A stretch of DNA of 64,000 nt, taken from the NCBI RefSeq assembly GCF_009914755.1, contig NC_060947.1; one strand, given 5' to 3'. The DNA comes from the human T2T-CHM13v2.0 reference genome, Homo sapiens. The first letter of the stretch is position 1; every line of letters starts with the position of its first letter. The position numbers and the translations under genes were made by a program. The notes beneath the pieces are model-generated. The model had not been told where the DNA came from, did not search any database, and saw nothing but the letters and a program-made list of their open reading frames with translations. This document shows positions 52,261-64,000 of this stretch, in pieces.

Positions 52261-53557
52261 GTAGGTCATAATAAGGGTGATGGCATTATTTGGGGGTGGA
52301 GCATGGTGGCGACTGCAACTCGAATGGGCCCGTGGACCCCTTCCATATCCCCCTCCTTCCCTCTTATCTACACCATTTCGGAGCTTGCAAAAGAAATTGT
52401 TCTGCAAGTACAAGACAGGGAAGAAAATAGCTGAGAAGGGGTGGGCGTCAAGAGAGTCCAGGGGTTGGGAGGACGTTACTCCAAATTACTGTTTGGGGTA
52501 CAGGGTCCTTGGTGTTGGTCCGTCGACCAAGCACTCACTTCTGAAGTTTGTCAGTCTTGAAGGTTTAGTGGAAGCGGAAACCGAGGTGAGGGAGGTAAGA
52601 AATTGCTCCGGAGCAGAGGTAGTTGGTATAATGACACGGGGTGGGGGGGGGGGGCGGCGGTGTCCTGGTACATTTGAGATGGAGGAGTTGGCGGAGGCAA
52701 GGGCGGAGTTGGAGACCTTTAGGCATTTCACGCCAGTACGGCTTTTAGATATTCTCACTTCATTTTGTTACAAGGAAAATGTTAACGATGAAAATGTGTG
52801 GCGACATCTTCGGAGGATGCCAATGATGGGAGTAGGGGTGGAGGTGGAATGGAGGGTTAGAGGAATCATCGAAGGAGGAAGAGGGAGGGAGATAATGAAT
52901 TCCAAAGCCGCAGCTCTGTGAGGAGAGGAGGGTAACCGAAGGCGGGAAACATTGGGCAAGGCAGTTGTAAAGGGCTAGGAATTCAGAAGAGGGATGTGTG
53001 CCCCGTCCCGGGTGAGATCTATATGTACCCAGAGCTCTCAGTACCCCTCTCCCCGCGCCCTTGGTCTGCAGGTTTGCACGAAGCAGTGCACTTGGAAGCA
53101 AGAAAGAGAAGGAAAAAAAACTGCCTGGACCTCTGTGGGTGCATGTGAGGGCGCCACTGTTCACAGGACATCTGGAAGGGCAGGGGTGGCAGGGAACTTT
53201 AACGTTCTAGGGTGGGGTGGTGGAACGTGAGGTTGGAGAGTCTTTAAGCGGGGAAAATTTCCAAACTTAGCTTCCGGGTGGAAGAAAGGAATCAGTGATC
53301 TAGATATCAAGCCCCGAGTCTCTGCCAGTATCTCTGTATTTTTGTACGTTTGTTTGTTTTGTTGTTGTTTCAGTCTGTTTGCGTTCAAAGACACAAAAAG
53401 GAGCCTGAAATCTGAAATGCATCCTTTATTCCTAGGTCGAGCTGCCTCAGAGCCGGCCCGCAGTAGCTGCAGACTCCGCCCGCGACGTGTGCGCGCTTCT
53501 CTGGGCCAGAGCGAGCCTGTTTTGTGCTCGGGTTAAGAGATTTGTCCCAGCTATACC

Positions 53558-54919
53558 ATGGGCCGCACTCGGGAAGCTGGCTGCGTGGCCGCTGGTGTGG
53601 TTATCGGGGCTGGTGCCTGCTACTGTGTATACAGACTGGCTTGGGGAAGAGACGAGAACGAGAAAATCTGGGACGAAGACGAGGAGTCTACGGACACCTC
53701 AGAGATTGGGGTTGAGACTGTGAAAGGAGCTAAAACTAACGCTGGGGCAGGGTCTGGGGCCAAACTTCAGGGTGATTCAGAGGTCAAGCCTGAGGTGAGT
53801 TTGGGACTCGAGGATTGTCCGGGTGTAAAAGAGAAGGCCCATTCAGGATCCCACAGCGGAGGTGGCCTAGAGGCCAAGGCCAAGGCCCTTTTCAACACGC
53901 TGAAGGAACAGGCAAGTGCAAAGGCAGGCAAAGGGGCTAGGGTGGGTACCATCTCTGGGAACAGGACCCTTGCACCGAGTTTACCCTGCCCAGGAGGCAG
54001 GGGTGGAGGCTGCCACCCCACCAGGAGTGGATCTAGGGCCGGGGGCAGGGCAAGTGGAAAATCCAAGGGAAAGGCCCGAAGTAAGAGCACCAGGGCTCCA
54101 GCTACAACATGGCCTGTCCGGAGAGGCAAGTTCAACTTTCCTTATAAAATTGATGATATTCTGAGTGCTCCCGACCTCCAAAAGGTCCTCAACATCCTGG
54201 AGCGAACAAATGATCCTTTTATTCAAGAAGTAGCCTTGGTCACTCTGGGTAACAATGCAGCATATTCATTTAACCAGAATGCCATACGTGAATTGGGTGG
54301 TGTCCCAATTATTGCAAAACTGATAAAAACAAAAGACCCCATAATTAGGGAAAAGACTTACAATGCCCTTAATAACTTGAGTGTGAACGCAGAAAATCAG
54401 GGCAAGATTAAGACGTACATCAGTCAAGTGTGTGATGACACCATGGTCTGTCGCTTGGACTCAGCTGTGCAGATGGCTGGGCTAAGACTGTTAACCAACA
54501 TGACTGTGACTAATCATTACCAACATTTGCTTTCCTATTCTTTTCCAGACTTTTTTGCTTTGTTATTCCTGGGAAATCACTTCACCAAGATACAGATTAT
54601 GAAACTAATTATAAACTTTACTGAAAATCCAGCCATGACAAGAGAGCTGGTCAGTTGTAAAGTACCATCAGAATTGATTTCCCTCTTTAATAAAGAATGG
54701 GATAGAGAGATTCTTCTTAATATCCTTACCCTATTTGAGAATATAAATGACAACATAAAAAATGAAGGGCTCGCATCATCCAGGAAAGAATTCAGCAGAA
54801 GTTCACTTTTTTTCTTATTCAAAGAGTCTGGAGTTTGTGTTAAGAAAATCAAAGCACTAGCAAATCACAATGATCTGGTGGTGAAAGTAAAAGTCCTGAA
54901 AGTATTAACCAAACTCTAA
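53558..54919 (+). CDS. ARMCX1: Armadillo repeat-containing X-linked protein 1 (ALEX1), 453 aa
   Basis: MGRTREAGCVAAGVVIGAGACYCVYRL N-terminal TM anchor typical of ARMCX; Gly/Ala/Lys-rich linker; C-terminal Arm-like domain (LGNNAAYSFNQNAIRELGG, QMAGLRLLTNMTVTN); strong Kozak ACCATGG; intronless. Confidence 0.98.
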   Translation: MGRTREAGCVAAGVVIGAGACYCVYRLAWGRDENEKIWDEDEESTDTSEIGVETVKGAKTNAGAGSGAKLQGDSEVKPEVSLGLEDCPGVKEKAHSGSHSGGGLEAKAKALFNTLKEQASAKAGKGARVGTISGNRTLAPSLPCPGGRGGGCHPTRSGSRAGGRASGKSKGKARSKSTRAPATTWPVRRGKFNFPYKIDDILSAPDLQKVLNILERTNDPFIQEVALVTLGNNAAYSFNQNAIRELGGVPIIAKLIKTKDPIIREKTYNALNNLSVNAENQGKIKTYISQVCDDTMVCRLDSAVQMAGLRLLTNMTVTNHYQHLLSYSFPDFFALLFLGNHFTKIQIMKLIINFTENPAMTRELVSCKVPSELISLFNKEWDREILLNILTLFENINDNIKNEGLASSRKEFSRSSLFFLFKESGVCVKKIKALANHNDLVVKVKVLKVLTKL

Positions 54920-55292
54920 TTTGGAGTCTGTCCCAAACAATATTGAGATATTTGCAGTTGGTACGATGTGATTTGTAAATTCTTTGTTTTTCATTGTGCG
55001 TATATGGTAAAGAGATCTTTTCAGCTGCTATTTTGGAATAATGACTATCATATATCATAACAGTGACTGATGTTGGTTGTAATGGTTGGGTTTAGGATGA
55101 ACCATTTTAAGGATGCCAAATGAAATATTAGTATTTGTACACAGAAAGAATTTATTGATTTGATCTTATTACCTAGATTGAGATTTTTTAATCTTTCCTC
55201 TACCTAAACTGACAATGAATTGGTTATACATCATGCATAAGCTACACTTTTATATTAGTTTATATTTGTTATTCTAAGACTTGTGTTTCATC

Positions 55293-55298
55293 AATAAA
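55293..55298 (+). terminator. ARMCX1: Polyadenylation signal AATAAA of ARMCX1
   Basis: Canonical hexamer about 370 nt after the stop; GT/T-rich sequence downstream. Confidence 0.75.
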
Positions 55299-55339
55299 GT
55301 TGTGTTTTAAGCAGCAGAAAAAAAAAAAAGACGTTGTCC

Positions 55340-56010
55340 TTGTCCTTGTCCTTGAGTTTATGATCTGTTTGGAAAGGTAAGATATATGGAAACTAAAACA
55401 AAGAGATATTAACAAAACCGGGAGACCATCAGTGCTTAGAGGCAGCAGAAACAGCTGCAGGCCACAGTGCTCAAGGAAAGTTTTGCAGAGGAGAACTCTT
55501 AAGTAAGCTGGGTGTGAAGGATAGGATACAAAAAGTCAGAAGGGCACTCAAGATGGGAGGAGGGATGAGAAGAAAGGCATGGAGGTGGGAATCCTTCTCC
55601 AGAGAGAAGTGCTGGCCTGCTGGAATGGAAATGTAGGGAGGGGAGTGACGAGAGAGAGTCAGGCAGTAGAGGTAAGTCCTGTTCGTGGAGCACCCCTAAC
55701 TGCTAAACTGGGGTGTCTGAATATTATTGCATCCACCCCTGGGAGACATCAAGGCCTTTTGTGACCAGAGGAATGACAAGATGAAAGGAAAACGATATGG
55801 TAGATTTATGTGCAGCATGAGTCCAAGCTGGGGTGGGGATAGGAGTGGTGACTGGAGATTGGAAAAACAGGAAGCTACACAACTTAGTCCAGACATGAGA
55901 TAATAAAGGTGTGAAATTTTACTGGTGGCCATGGGAATGGTAAAGAGAGGATGGAAATGAGAGATCTTTTGAACCAAAAAGTGCTTAAATGTATTCTGGA
56001 GACATACAAA
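55340..56010 (-). mobile_element. L2 fragments
   Basis: Purine-rich degenerate L2-like blocks (TGTCCTTGAGTTTATGATCT; GGGAATGGTAAAGAGAGGATGGAAATGAGAGAT). Confidence 0.5.
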
Positions 56011-56576
56011 GAGGACCAATTTTATTTTGGGTCCTGGGGCATTTGACAGGAAAATGTCCTCTTAGCCAGTTCTGGTATCTATGTAAGTAAACATTTACAA
56101 CTTTGAAATAACAAGAAAGCATAAGTTTTAGTGCTTGTATCAGATTTCCTTTATAAGGTTGATTAATGATTAAGGTGGGGCCTTTATGGAACCATAGAGA
56201 GTGTTGTTGGGATACACATAGAAGATCTACCTCGCTCCTACGCCGTAGTGAGGGTGAGGGTGTCAGGGGAGGAGCACTCTCAAACTGCTGGTGGGAGTAT
56301 ACACTGGTACAAGGTCCATTGGAATATATGCACATCCTTTAACCCTGTAATTCCACTTATAGAAATGTATCTTTAGGAAATAATCACATAATTGGCTTGT
56401 AGGAAGCTATGCATCTTTAAACTGATTGAAGGGTGAAAAGTTGTAAATGACCCAAGTATCTCAAGATAGGCAGTTAGCTAAATAAATTAATGTATGTCCA
56501 CACATTTAAATATTATGCAGCTATTGAAAATGTTGGTGGACATCTACAGTTACCTATATTAGAAATTCAGCATATA

Positions 56577-57934
56577 GTTTTTTTTAAAAAATTAATTTTT
56601 AATTTTTGTGGGTACATAATAGGTGTATATATTTATGAATTACATGAGATATTCTGATACAGGCATGCAATGTGTAATCATCACATCAGGGTTAATGGGG
56701 TATCGATCACCTCAAGCATTTATCCTTTGTGTTGCAAACAATCCAGTTGTACTCTTTTAGCTTTTTTACAATGTACAATTAAATTATTATTGACTATAGT
56801 CACCCTGTTGTGCTATCGAATACTAGATCTTATTCATTATTTCTAACTATTTAGTTTTATTTATTTATTTATTTTTAATTTTTATTTTACTTTAAGTTCC
56901 GGGATACATGTGCAGAACGTGCAGGTTTGTTACATAGGTGTACGTGTGCCATGGTGATTTGCTGCACCTATTAACCCGTCATCTAGGTTCCTTCTCCTCG
57001 CCCCCTACCCCCCAACAGGCCCTGGCATGTGTTGTTCCCCTCTCTGTGTCCATGTGTCCTCATTGTTCAACTCCCACTTACGAGTGAGAACATACGGTGT
57101 TTGGTTTTTTGTTCCTGTGTTAGTTTGCTGAGGATGATGGATTCCAACTTCATCCATGTCCCTGCAAATGACATGATCTCATTACTTTTTATGGCTGCAT
57201 AGTATTCCATGGTGTATATGTACCACATTTTCTTTATCCAGTCTATCATTGATGGGCATTTGGGTTGGTTCCATGTCTTTGCTATTGTAAATAGTGCTGC
57301 AATAAACATGCATGCATGTGTCCTTATAGTAGAATGATTTATAATCGTTTGGGTATGTACCCAGTAACAGGATTGCTGGGTCAAAAGGTATTTCTGGTTC
57401 TAGATCCTTGAGGAATCACCACACTGTCTTCCACAATGGTTGAACTAATTTACATTCTCACCAACCGTGTAAAAGTGTTCCTATTTCTCCACAGCCTTGC
57501 CAGAATCTATTGGTTCTTGACTTTTTAATAATAGCCATTCTGACTAGTGTGAGGTGGTATCTCATTGTGGTTTTGATTTGCATTTCTCTAATGATCAGTG
57601 ATGTTGAGCCTTTTTTCATGTTTGTTGGCCACATAAATATCTCCTTTTGAGAAGTGTCTGTTCATATACTTTGCCCACTTTTTGATGGTGTCCTTTGTTT
57701 TTTTCTTGTAAATTTGTGTAAGTTCCTTGTAGGTTTTGGATATTAGACCATTGTCAGATGAGTAGATTGCAAAAATTTTCTCCCATTCTGTAGTCTAACC
57801 ATTTTTTGTACCCATTAAGCATTCCCACTTCCCCTCAGTCCCCCACTACCCTTCCCAGCCTCTGGTAACCATCATTCTACTCTCTTATGAGTTCAATTGT
57901 TTGAATTTTTAGCTCCCACAAATAAGAGAGAACA
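56577..57934 (-). mobile_element. L1MA-like 3' end, split by an L1PA
   Basis: TTTTGTGGGTACATAATAGGTGTATATATTTATG 3' end; TSD TCAGCATATA at 56567-56576 and 57935-57944. Confidence 0.82.
56853..57793 (-). mobile_element. 5'-truncated L1PA (about PA7-8-like) nested in L1MA
   Basis: ORF 57067-57384 (ORF2 C-terminus); TSD TCTAACTATTT (56842-56852)/TCTAACCATTT (57794-57804). Confidence 0.9.
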
Positions 57935-59216
57935 TCAGCATATAATCTTAAGTGGGAAAAGTAGGCTGTAAAATCACATGCCACACTTTTTATGAAGAAA
58001 ACATATCTAAATTATCTCTGCATAAACTCTGCTGCATACTCCGAGAATGTTATTAGTTCTCTATGGGTGATTTTATCGACTTTTTACTCATAAAATTAAG
58101 ATATATCTGCATATTTAAATATTCTGCAGCCATTGAAAATATTGATTGACATCTACGTTTATTTACATGGAAAAAGTGCAGCATATAATCTTAAATGGAA
58201 AAGGTGGTTACATGACTGTAAACACAGTATATCCCATTTTTGAGAAGTGTCAAGCTTTGTATGCATTGAAACTTCTGAAAGGCTATATACCCAAATGAGA
58301 AAAGTAGTTATTTATTGGTAAAATGATACTGTATTAATTTAATATTTATTCTTTTTTTCTTATCTATGTTTTGTTATCTATAATAGATGTTGAGTTGTGT
58401 AATTGTTGGGAAAGAAAAATGTCGAATTCAGGTAAGGTTGGAAATTAAGGAGATGATAGAATGGGCAGAGTTTATATGGATATTTTTGGAACACATACTG
58501 AGTGGAAAATATTTACACCAAAAAGGGAGATGCATTAAAATGATAGATGTATTGTGAAGATGTGGATAATGTCACATTGGAGTAATGTATGTAAAATGCT
58601 AAAATAGTGTTGGAACATAGCAGTTAATTACTGAAAGTGAACACCCCTAGTTTCCAAAAAGACAGAGTTGAAAATTTTTGGTTTACCTTTTTTTTCTAAG
58701 GTGTCATTCTACCATACACAAGTGGCATTTGATAAATAAACTGTTAAAATAATTTTTCTTAGGAGTAGGGTCTTTGTTCTCTTTTAAGAATTGAGAATGC
58801 TTCCTTGTAGTGATCTTGTCAATTTCTACAACATTTCTGATATCTCAGTGATGTTACTGTGGTTTAGACATGAAGCCTAAGTCAATGTTTCTCAAAGTAG
58901 TATTGGTGGAATATCAGGAATGCGTGTACCTGTTTTTAGGTTTCACAAGTTCCCTAGAAATGTCTTTTAAATATTGTTTGCAGGTCACTGATAATTTAAA
59001 GAAATTCATTATAAATATATTCTGTATTTTAACGTGTTACCCAGTGATTTTGGAGCCAAATTTTGGGTTTATATTAACTATTGTCATGGTATTAAGCAGC
59101 ACTATTGTATTCATTGATCATAAGATAGACTTGTTTAGTATCTCCAAAATTATGATGCACTTACAATTGATGACACCTTAGCATCGTGTCATAGTTTAAT
59201 TAGAAGTATTTTTCTT

Positions 59217-59562
<346 letters not shown>

Positions 59563-59587
59563 TAGTGGTATACAAAATAATTATGCA

Positions 59588-59865
59588 GGCCGAGGTGGGC
59601 AGATCACCTGAGGTCAGGAGTTCGAGACCAGCCTGGCCAACGTGGTGAAATCCCGTCTCTACTAAAAATACAAAAATTAGCTGGGTGTGGTGGCATGCGC
59701 CTGTAATCCCAGCTACTCGGGAGGCTGAGACAGGAGAATTGCTTCAACCTGGGAGACGGAGGTTGTGGTGAGCTGAGATTGCACTACTGCACTCCAGCCT
59801 GGGTGACAGAGTAAGACTCCATCTCAAAAATAAATAAATAAATAAATAATAAATAAAATAAGAAT
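59588..59865 (+). mobile_element. 5'-truncated Alu (AluS-like)
   Basis: TSD AAAATAATTATG at 59574-59585 and 59866-59877. Confidence 0.95.
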
Positions 59866-60609
59866 AAAATAATTATGTATTTAATAATCAGAGGCATCAT
59901 AGATTAATGAAATTCTTTTTCTAGTCAATGAGAAAAATGTAAAGATGTACTTAATATGCAACAGATGTATTTGCTCTATAATACATAAGTTTGTACTTAC
60001 AGAGATTTTGCAGGAGTTTGAGTAAGGAAACTGGCAGAGGGTTGAGATTGTATCATCGGGCTCTCCCTAATGAAGGAATGTTGAAATTAAGAGAGTTCGT
60101 GTTGTCATCGGTACCATGTTCATGTTACAGATTGTGATTTAGGGCTGCCAAAGCAACATTATCAATCTCATGAAATTATATGTTATTTACATTTCTTTGG
60201 CTTTATAGCTTGGCTTATTTTTAATTTGTGAAGTTGCTTTGTTTTATACTTTGTGTGAAAGCTGTAAATAAACAAAGACTAATAGAATATAAAATTTTTT
60301 CCAAAAAGTATGCTATCTGTCTGGAAAAGATAAGTGTTCACAATAGATGTCTACTTGTAATATACCTGATTGTGTATAATATAAACATTTTTAAATAAAA
60401 CATTAAAATGTGTGTACAAAATTCTTGAAGCATTTGTTTTTGGTTTTAGGTATGTAAATTTTTAAGTAACATCATAATAAAAATAATTTCAAACAATGAT
60501 AGGGGCCTTTGAGGAGTTTTCTCCTTTTTAGAATAATATTACTCAAGTTTTATAAGCAATGCAATTATGTCAAAGACATGCATATTATAGAAGAAAAGAG
60601 GTGGGTCGC

Positions 60610-60780
60610 ACCTAATATTTATCAGACACTGCTTGGTGCTTCACATAATTTTTCTCTCCACTCAATTCCTTCAACAGCCCTGTCAAATAAGTACTATTAT
60701 ACCTTTATTGCAGAAGAAATAAGACTTGGAGAAGTTAGGTAAAATTTCCAAGATCACTCAGTTAGTAAAATGCAGGGCTA
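60610..60780 (-). mobile_element. MIR SINE
   Basis: ATTGCAGAAGAAATAAGACTTGGAGAAGTTAGGTAAAATTTCCAAGATCACTCAG core. Confidence 0.7.
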
Positions 60781-61897
60781 ATGGCCTTCCAAACGTGAGT
60801 AATTGGTTGCTTTAAAATCACTTCATATGGAGACAAACACCTGTATAATGCCTCCTTAGGTACTCAACACAAAACCACCTCTTGATGAAGATGAAGAAGG
60901 ATATGAGATTCTTCTTGTTGAGCCCATAACTTTATAGATACCCACACAGCAAGATGTAGAGGAAACAGCAAAGTCTCAGGAATTGCCAATAGGTGAGACT
61001 CGGTTGAGGAACAGATAAACTACTATTTATATTGCTGCTTCTGTGTGACAGGATGAGCAGTTTGGGTATGGGGCAAATAATAATTTCTGTACTGATACAT
61101 TGAACTTGAGATGTGGAATGACTTTTACACCTGAAGTGAAAATGAGGCTAACTTGAGCAGTAAAAAACCCCAGTGAGGCAGTTACAGGCCTGACTAGCAT
61201 CCATCTGCTCCTTTCCCCTTTCCCTTGTTCCTTCTCATTCTTTTTTCCACTTCCTCCCTCCTACTTGTCTTTATTTCCTCCTTCTGGGAGGTCATTGGTG
61301 GTAGCCTCTCTGGGCTTCTCTGAGCCTTCAATTCCCATGACGCCATGCCATGTACCAGTGGGCATTCAATTCAGAATAACAACTGTTGTTGCTTTGGTCA
61401 TAAGGTGATTCTGGGTGTGACTGGAAGCCAGGAATTTTTGGAACCTTTGTTGAACAGAACAGAGACTGAGAAGGAACTAGTCTTAGCTTGGCATGGCCAC
61501 ATGTGCACTGCATGAATTTTTGATGTCCTGCATTTGGTCTTAGACTGAATAACCCGGAGTCTGGGAAAGGTGGTAATAGATGTGTGACTGCCTGGTATAG
61601 GCAGCCAGGTCACATGTTGATGTCCCAATGTTTTCACATGGGAGGCTGTCACTCTCAATCCTTTTGGGAAGGGCAGAGTTCTAGGATTGTGGCTAATCGT
61701 GGCAGCCCATTGGGGCAGGGAGGAGGCAGTGTCCTCTACTTTAGAGAGGATGGCAGCTCCTGGGAAACCAAGGAAACTAGAAACTCAGAGGATGTCCTGC
61801 TATTTTGCTTTTGTTCTCATTTAACAGTTTTAGGACTATAACTGACTCTATCCCAGTTAAAATGTGATCAAAGGTGATTTTACAAAAGTCAAGTTTT

Positions 61898-62197
61898 TGG
61901 CAGGGCTTGGTGGCTCAAGCCTGTAATCCCAGCACCTTGGGAGTCTGAGACGGGAAGATCGCTTGAGCCCAGCAGTTCGAGACTAGTCTGGGGAACATGG
62001 TGAAAGCCCCCTCTCTACAAAAAATACGAAAATTAGCTGGGTGTGTTGGCATGTGCCTGTAGTCCCAACACCCCAGGAGACTGAGGTGGGAGGATCACTT
62101 GTGCCTGGGAAGGTTGAGGCTGCACTGAGCTGTGATCATGCCACTGCGCTCCAGCTTGGGCAACAGAGTGAGACCCTGTCTCAAAAAAAAAAAAAAA
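61898..62197 (+). mobile_element. Alu (AluJ-like)
   Basis: Dimeric Alu with GCTTGAGCCCAG and GAGGCTGCACTGAGC; A15 tail. Confidence 0.93.
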
Positions 62198-62562
62198 GTA
62201 GATATTTGTCCTGTTATAAATTGTCAATCAATATACATAATATTTCAAGATTTGTCTTGTTAAAAATTGTCAACCAATATACATAATATTTCAAGGCTCA
62301 GGAAATGTGTTTTTTCTTTAATTCACATTTTACTTGTCTTGTTTCAGAAGACATTCCAAGTGTATGTTTAGCAAATTGATGTGGTTCGGGCAAAATTTAT
62401 GTTTATGGCTGTCGTCATTAATTTCTCTGCTAAGTTCCCTTGAAAATGGTTTTTTAAATAATGATTCATACTGTTTTCAATGCTAGCTTTTTACATTAAT
62501 TTTGCATCACATCCTAGGATGAAGGTTTTCTCTGGTTTCTGTCTTTAAGCCATGGCTCTTCC

Positions 62563-63604
<1,042 letters not shown>

Positions 63605-64000
63605 TTCCTCGCCTTTAAGCCAGAGCTGTCTCACCACCATCCTGGGGGCCCTGGTCTGCTCTGCCCTAAGGCTGTGGTATTAGCAGGAAAGGGAATATTT
63701 ACGTATCAGAGTAGCATAGCTTCATGCTTGACCCTCTCCATTGGGGCCCTCTCAGGCATTGTACTAAGGGCCTGGGCAATGTGTGTGTTTGGGGATAGAC
63801 AGGAGAGGAGGGAGAAGGGAGGAAGGAGTGAAGAAAGCCTTATCAGAGGGGTACTTTTATCCTGATAGGGTCATGAAAATGTAATTCACTTCACCATTAA
63901 GAATGGGCTAAGTGTCAGTCTCTGGCCCTGTTGACCATCAATATTTTAAAAAGTGAAAGAGTAGGTGTGATACTAGCATCTTAGTTTTGGCATAAAGCCA

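Larger units (their letters stand above)
53436..55317 (+). other. ARMCX1: ARMCX1 terminal exon carrying the entire CDS and 3'UTR
   Basis: Acceptor CCTTTATTCCTAG|; AATAAA at 55293-55298. Confidence 0.8.

Noticed and set aside
51008-53230. Overlapping 130-214 aa ORFs around the ARMCX1 5' region
   Set aside because: GC-rich promoter/intron sequence with few stop codons; no recognisable domains; several start at non-ATG codons.
53767-54226. Antisense and alternative-frame ORFs over the ARMCX1 CDS
   Set aside because: Shadow ORFs of a GC-rich coding region.

Overview
Primate (very likely human) genomic DNA, repeat-dense and consistent with the Xq22.1 ARMCX cluster. It holds one intact protein-coding gene, ARMCX1 (+ strand, three short non-coding exons and a single coding exon, 453 aa), and one disabled full-length processed pseudogene of PRKCI (- strand, 35257-40078). 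The rest is layered retroelement debris: ERVL internal fragments, solo LTRs, MaLRs, Alus, old L1M/HAL1/L2/MIR, DNA transposon relics and five L1PA copies. I found no evidence of a wholly new gene system. The most notable signals concern retrotransposition mechanism: (1) a young L1 with its 5'UTR intron spliced out exactly (SpIRE-type), nested inside an older L1 and one nonsense codon away from a full ORF2; (2) unusual variants shared pairwise between neighbouring L1s of different ages, suggesting local gene conversion; (3) a 31-nt L1 3' transduction; (4) an old L1M with twin-priming-like inversion geometry; (5) a TSD-flanked orphan insertion; (6) a fold-back palindromic insertion in an ERVL. 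Repeat subfamily names come from remembered consensus motifs, not from a search.
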